A stretch of DNA of 61,964 bases from an uncultured Eubacteriales bacterium. GTDB lineage: Bacteria; Bacillota; Clostridia; Lachnospirales; CAG-274. The position numbers and the translations under genes are program-made. The notes below the pieces were generated by a model. That model worked only from the letters and a program-made list of their open reading frames with translations, ran no database searches and was not told where the DNA came from. Where the stretch lies: contig CABVAP010000001.1 of assembly GCA_902496345.1 (NCBI GenBank), positions 1 through 61,964 on the forward strand, written 5' to 3'. Below, piece by piece: positions 57,914 through 61,964 of the stretch; within the stretch, counting starts at the first letter, position 1; every line of letters begins with the position of its first letter.

Positions 57914-58096
57914 TTACTCTCCAATTCTAATTACACGGTCATTTTTTCTAGGTTTGCCTATAGGGTGTTTATCACCCTCTTTAGGATAACCAAACATAAG
58001 TTGCATTACTGCGTAATAATCCGTTCTAATATTTCTCTTTCTAAAATTTTCTTTTTTATCTTTTAATAAAGTCAATGGAAATATGGGGAAAAGCAT
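57914..58096 (-). pseudogene. Possible remnant of a nitroreductase-family gene (C-terminal fragment)
   Basis: ...MFGYPKEGDKHPIGKPRKNDRVIRI resembles nitroreductase C-termini. Only 60 codons, with no N-terminal domain. Confidence 0.25.
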
Positions 58097-58101
58097 ATAA
58101 A

Positions 58102-58148
58102 GAAAGATTATAAAAAATAGCTGTTTCAGTGGTTTTAAATCCTTGAAA
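58102..58148 (-). terminator. Rho-independent (bidirectional) terminator after the hydrogenase operon
   Basis: aaaatagctgtttca-(loop)-tgaaacagctatttt: a 15-bp stem with an A-run on one side and T-rich sequence on the other. Confidence 0.8.
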
Positions 58149-58232
58149 CAGCTATTTTCATTTTATACTAATTTACAAAAAAATCAATGACCTTTGGCAA
58201 GATTGTCAACATTCTCGACAATCCTTTGTATA

Positions 58233-58475
58233 TTAGAGTCTTGACATAACATTTTCTTCAAAAAACTCTCTAGCGTTTTCCGGTTTAACAGCAAAATAAT
58301 CATCTTCAACCTTAACAGAAACATCTTCTGAACAATGTCCAAGACAAAAGCTACCACAAACCTCAACTTTATCATTTAATTTTTTTTCTTCTATAATTTG
58401 TTGAAAAGCGTTAATAACGTTATAAGAGCCTTTTAAATGACAGGCACTTCCAATACAAGTATATAATTTTATCAT
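58233..58475 (-). CDS. Small thioredoxin-like [2Fe-2S] ferredoxin-domain protein
   Basis: Cys pattern CIGSAC...CGSFCLGHC. Immediately follows hydA. Confidence 0.75.
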   Translation of the reverse strand: MIKLYTCIGSACHLKGSYNVINAFQQIIEEKKLNDKVEVCGSFCLGHCSEDVSVKVEDDYFAVKPENAREFFEENVMSRL

Positions 58476-58477
58476 AG

Positions 58478-60160
58478 TTATTCCTCCTTAGTATAATCCA
58501 CGTGAAGTAATTTGTGTACCTTTCCTTTAAGTAATCCGTTATAAAGACGCATAATAACAGGATTTTCTTCGCTTCGCTTAATCGTACAAAGCCTATCGTT
58601 ATTATAAAGTCTTTCACCTCTTTTAACTTTTTCATCAAAGTCAGCAAAAGGCTGTCCGGCACCGGAAACACAACCACCTGGACAAGCCATAACCTCAACA
58701 AGGTCATAGTGTACACCATTTTTAATTTTTTGAATTAAGTTATCAGCATTTTTAAGTCCACTAACAACAGCGATTTTTATATTCTTACCGGAATATTGAA
58801 TAGTAAGTTCTTTCACGCCTTGCATACCTCTAACACCGTTAAAAGCTAAAGCACGCAAGCTAGAAAGAGATTTATCCGTTGAAATTCTTCTAATAACAGC
58901 CTCTGTAACACCACCCGTAACACCAAATATAACACCGGCTCCGGTGTGTGTTTCAAAAGGCATATCAACTGCCTCTGGTTCAATTTCAGAAAATACAATA
59001 CCGGATTCACGAATCATCTGTATAAATTCCTGAGTAGTAATGACATAATCTGTTATAGGTTCACCGTCAACCTTAAATTCATCTCTTGCAGCCTCGAATT
59101 TTTTAGCTGTACAAGGCATAATAGCAACATTTATAATTTTTCTATTGGAATTTCTATTTTCCTCTTTTATAACACTGGAAAACATTTGCATTGGTGAACG
59201 GCAAGTTGATACATTAGGCAAAAGCTCAGGGTAGTTTTTTTCAACATAATTAACCCAAGCCGGGCAACAAGATGTAAATAGAGGTATATTTTCACCTTTT
59301 TCAATTCTATTAAGAAATTCGTTAGCTTCTTCAAGCACAGTAAGGTCAGCACCTGTAGAAGTATCATAAACCTCATCAAAACCCATACGTCTTAAAGATG
59401 CAATGATTTTACCCATAACGTTTTGTTCATCACAGCCAAACTCTTTTGCAACAGCCGTACGAACAGCCGGAGCAATCTGTGCGATAATCTTAACATCGTC
59501 TTTGCTTAAATCTTGCCATAACCTTTGACTGTCGTTTTTAATAACAATAGCACCTGTTGGACAGACAGCAGCACATTGCCCACAATTTACACAAGGTGAC
59601 TCGGCAATAGGCATACCAAAAGCAGGGGCAACTTTCATTTTAGAACCTCTAAACGCAAAATCAATAGCACCAACGTTTTGAACTTCATTACAAACACGAA
59701 CGCAATCGCCACAAAGAATACACTTATTAGCGTCACGCACAATGCACAAAGATGAATCGTCAATATCAGGTTCAGTTGCTGTATTAGGAAATCTAACACT
59801 AGTTATACCAAATCTGCTGGCAAGCTCTTGAAGTTTGCAGTTTCCATTTTTAGCACAAGTTGTACAATCTCGGCAATGGTCAGCAAGTAATAACTCAAGA
59901 ATCATTTTTCTATGTTTTCTAAGTTTAGGTGTGTTTGTATATATTTCCATACCAGCTTTAGGTGGTGTTGAACAAGATGCTTCCATACCACCCCATTTAT
60001 TTTCAACCATACACATACGGCAAGCACCATAGACAGAAAGTTCAGAATAATAACAAAAAGTAGGTAAATCAATCCCAGCCTTTCTAATAAGTTCAAGGAT
60101 ATTTTTTTCGCCATTTATTTCAACAGGAATGTTGTCAATCATCATAAAATTATCACTCAT
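58478..60160 (-). CDS. hydA: [FeFe]-hydrogenase catalytic subunit HydA (HydABC/bifurcating type)
   Basis: N-terminal 2Fe-2S and 4Fe-4S domains. H-cluster motifs FTSCCPAWV, MPCTAKKFEA, EVMACPGGCVSGAGQP. ATG 60160 behind GGGAGG. Confidence 0.93.
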   Translation of the reverse strand: MSDNFMMIDNIPVEINGEKNILELIRKAGIDLPTFCYYSELSVYGACRMCMVENKWGGMEASCSTPPKAGMEIYTNTPKLRKHRKMILELLLADHCRDCTTCAKNGNCKLQELASRFGITSVRFPNTATEPDIDDSSLCIVRDANKCILCGDCVRVCNEVQNVGAIDFAFRGSKMKVAPAFGMPIAESPCVNCGQCAAVCPTGAIVIKNDSQRLWQDLSKDDVKIIAQIAPAVRTAVAKEFGCDEQNVMGKIIASLRRMGFDEVYDTSTGADLTVLEEANEFLNRIEKGENIPLFTSCCPAWVNYVEKNYPELLPNVSTCRSPMQMFSSVIKEENRNSNRKIINVAIMPCTAKKFEAARDEFKVDGEPITDYVITTQEFIQMIRESGIVFSEIEPEAVDMPFETHTGAGVIFGVTGGVTEAVIRRISTDKSLSSLRALAFNGVRGMQGVKELTIQYSGKNIKIAVVSGLKNADNLIQKIKNGVHYDLVEVMACPGGCVSGAGQPFADFDEKVKRGERLYNNDRLCTIKRSEENPVIMRLYNGLLKGKVHKLLHVDYTKEE

Positions 60161-60162
60161 TG

Positions 60163-61890
60163 TTAAACCTCCCTTATAGCCTTGAAATTGCAATTATCTT
60201 TACAAGTTCCACATTTTATACATTTGTCATTATCTATAACAAACGGCTCTTTTATTTTTCCGGAAATAGCACCAACAGGACAGACCCTAGAACATTTTGA
60301 ACAACCTTTACAAATTTCAGGGTCAATTTTATAAGTAATAAGTTTTTTGCAATTTCCGGAAGGACATTTTTTGTCATAGATATGAGCTTCGTACTCATCT
60401 CTGAAATTTTTAATTGTACTAACTACAGGGGCAGCAGCCGTTTTTCCAAGACCACATAAAGCAGTGGAACTAACTGTTTCGGCAAGTTCAAGAAGAAGTT
60501 CAATATCGCCGTCTTTGCCCTGCCCTGCGACAATTCTTTCAAGAATTTCAAGCATACGTTTAGTACCCTCTCTGCAAGGTACGCATTTGCCACAAGATTC
60601 ATTTTGCGTAAAGTGCATAAAGAATCTGGCAACCTCAACCATACAGGTATTATTATCCATAACAACAAGACCACCAGAACCAATCATAGCACCAACTTTT
60701 TTAAGAGAATCAAAGTCAAGAGGTAAATCAAGGTTAGGAGTTATCAAACAACCACCAGACGGACCACCGATTTGAACAGCCTTAAATTCAGTACCATTTT
60801 TCATACCGCCACCGATGTCAAATATAATTTCACGAAGTGTAGTACCCATTGGAACTTCAATAAGACCTGTGTTTTGGATATTTCCAGTAAGAGCAAAGGC
60901 TTTAGTACCTGGGCTTTTTTCAGGTCCGATACTTCTGTACCAATCAGCACCTTTTACAATAATTTGTGGAACATTAGCATAAGTTTCAACGTTGTTTAAA
61001 ACGGTAGGTTTTTCAAAAAGGCCTTTTTCAACAGTACGAGGTGGCTTAACTCTAGGCATACCTCTTTTGCCCTCAATAGATGATGTAAGAGCGCTACCTT
61101 CACCACAAACAAAAGCACCTGCACCTCTGTTTATATGTAATTTAAAAGAAAAATCTGTACCAAGTATATTGTCACCAAGAAGTCCATACTCTTCAGCCTG
61201 TTTAATTGCATTTTTAAGTCTTTCAACAGCCATAGGATATTCAGCACGAACATAGATATAACCCTCTTTTGCACCGGTTGCAATACCAGCAATCATCATA
61301 CCTTCAAGCATTCTATGAGGGTCACCCTCCATAATACTTCTATCCATAAAGGCACCTGGGTCACCTTCATCACCATTACAAACTATGTATTTAGTATCGT
61401 TGTTTTGACGTTTAACTTGAGACCATTTTTGGCCAGTGGTATATCCACCACCACCTCTACCACGGAGGTTAGACTGTGAAACTTCATTTATAATATCATC
61501 TTGTGACATTTCAAAAAGAGCTTTTTCAAAAGCAGTATAACCGTCTATTGATAGATATTCATTTATAGATGTAGCGTCAATATGCCCACAATGTTCAAGT
61601 ACAAGACGAGTCTGTTTTTTATAAAAAGGTATATCCTCTTGAACCTTATATATTTCACCATCTTTTTTATAACAAAGTCTTTCGACAATTTCATCATTTT
61701 GTATTGTCTTTTCAATAATTTCGTCACAATCATCAATTTTAACTTTTGTATATAAATATCCTTGAGGTTCAATACGTACAAGTGGACCCATTTCACAAAA
61801 TCCGTGACAACCGCTTCTTTTAATGCCAATAGAATCATCGTGAGGCTCTTTTTGCAGTTCAATAGAACAGACAATACCTTTTTCGTTCAT
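60163..61890 (-). CDS. hydB: NuoF-like flavoprotein subunit HydB (NADH-binding, FMN, Fe-S); 5' end probably continues beyond an apparent frameshift and the window edge
   Basis: GRGGGGYTTGQKW, CNGDEGDPGAF, ESCGKCVPCREG and C-terminal 2 x 4Fe-4S (CKGCSKCSRVCP, CIKCGTCKDNC). The upstream 74 nt encode ...FDYTCIGFE in another frame. Confidence 0.9.
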   Translation of the reverse strand: MNEKGIVCSIELQKEPHDDSIGIKRSGCHGFCEMGPLVRIEPQGYLYTKVKIDDCDEIIEKTIQNDEIVERLCYKKDGEIYKVQEDIPFYKKQTRLVLEHCGHIDATSINEYLSIDGYTAFEKALFEMSQDDIINEVSQSNLRGRGGGGYTTGQKWSQVKRQNNDTKYIVCNGDEGDPGAFMDRSIMEGDPHRMLEGMMIAGIATGAKEGYIYVRAEYPMAVERLKNAIKQAEEYGLLGDNILGTDFSFKLHINRGAGAFVCGEGSALTSSIEGKRGMPRVKPPRTVEKGLFEKPTVLNNVETYANVPQIIVKGADWYRSIGPEKSPGTKAFALTGNIQNTGLIEVPMGTTLREIIFDIGGGMKNGTEFKAVQIGGPSGGCLITPNLDLPLDFDSLKKVGAMIGSGGLVVMDNNTCMVEVARFFMHFTQNESCGKCVPCREGTKRMLEILERIVAGQGKDGDIELLLELAETVSSTALCGLGKTAAAPVVSTIKNFRDEYEAHIYDKKCPSGNCKKLITYKIDPEICKGCSKCSRVCPVGAISGKIKEPFVIDNDKCIKCGTCKDNCNFKAIREV

Positions 61891-61964
61891 AATATCAATA
61901 AACCTTTGGTATATATCAAGTGCAGCGGAACGTGACTTTCAAATCCAATGCAAGTGTAGTCAAA

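Noticed and set aside
58184-58375. 63-aa minus-strand ORF overlapping the small 2Fe-2S ferredoxin gene
   Set aside because: It is an alternative frame of the same strand. The 80-aa frame has the Cys pattern and abuts the hydA stop, whereas this frame has no features.
1-61964. Scan for rRNA, tRNA, CRISPR, transposase or prophage genes
   Set aside because: No GC-rich structured RNA-like islands, no short repeat-spacer arrays and no recognisable transposase, integrase or phage structural ORFs were seen. A sensitive scan (tRNAscan/Infernal) was not possible here.

Overview
AT-rich (about one-third G+C by eye) chromosomal segment from a spore-forming, low-GC Firmicute of the Clostridia type. Supporting markers are SpoVT, SLH domains, cohesin/dockerin modules and [FeFe]-hydrogenases. 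Nearly all genes are on the minus strand. I saw no rRNA, tRNA, CRISPR array, transposase or integrase.

Layout:
- 1-7.7 kb: secreted rhodanese-domain protein, a dockerin protein, a 1580-aa multidomain GH3 glycosidase and a divergent AraC regulator.
- 7.8-21 kb: housekeeping genes. These are an aminotransferase, a WecA/TagO-type transferase, upp, rpiB, a YwlE-like phosphatase, tsaC/sua5, a SEC-C protein, radA, tsf, rpsB, ruvBA and spoVT.
- 21.2-26.7 kb: surface proteins. These are a cohesin+dockerin protein, a GH25 muramidase carrying 5 x 231-bp repeats plus its own cohesin and dockerin, and a lipoprotein.
- 26.9-53.9 kb: the most interesting block. It is a co-directional Gram-positive Tad/Flp-type pilus cluster (TadZ, TadA, TadB, TadC, Flp pilin, TadE-like, TadG-like, TadE-like, two prepilin peptidases). 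Embedded in and following it are an FHA-domain membrane protein, a PP2C phosphatase, two paralogous Hanks Ser/Thr kinases, and large LRR/RCC1/SLH, stalk-domain and NHL surface proteins. A divergent 501-aa HTH regulator carries an in-frame G6-A-G7 tract. A ~52-nt palindromic motif occurs both upstream of the tad operon and at the far end of the block.
- 54-62 kb: a sensory-type [FeFe]-hydrogenase fused to an MCP signalling domain, an orphan SirTM sirtuin/macrodomain pair, and part of a HydABC-type bifurcating hydrogenase operon.

Two apparent frameshifts sit next to homopolymer runs (kinase 2/DUF1311, and hydB at the window edge). Homopolymer-length sequencing errors must therefore be considered before interpreting them or the G tract.
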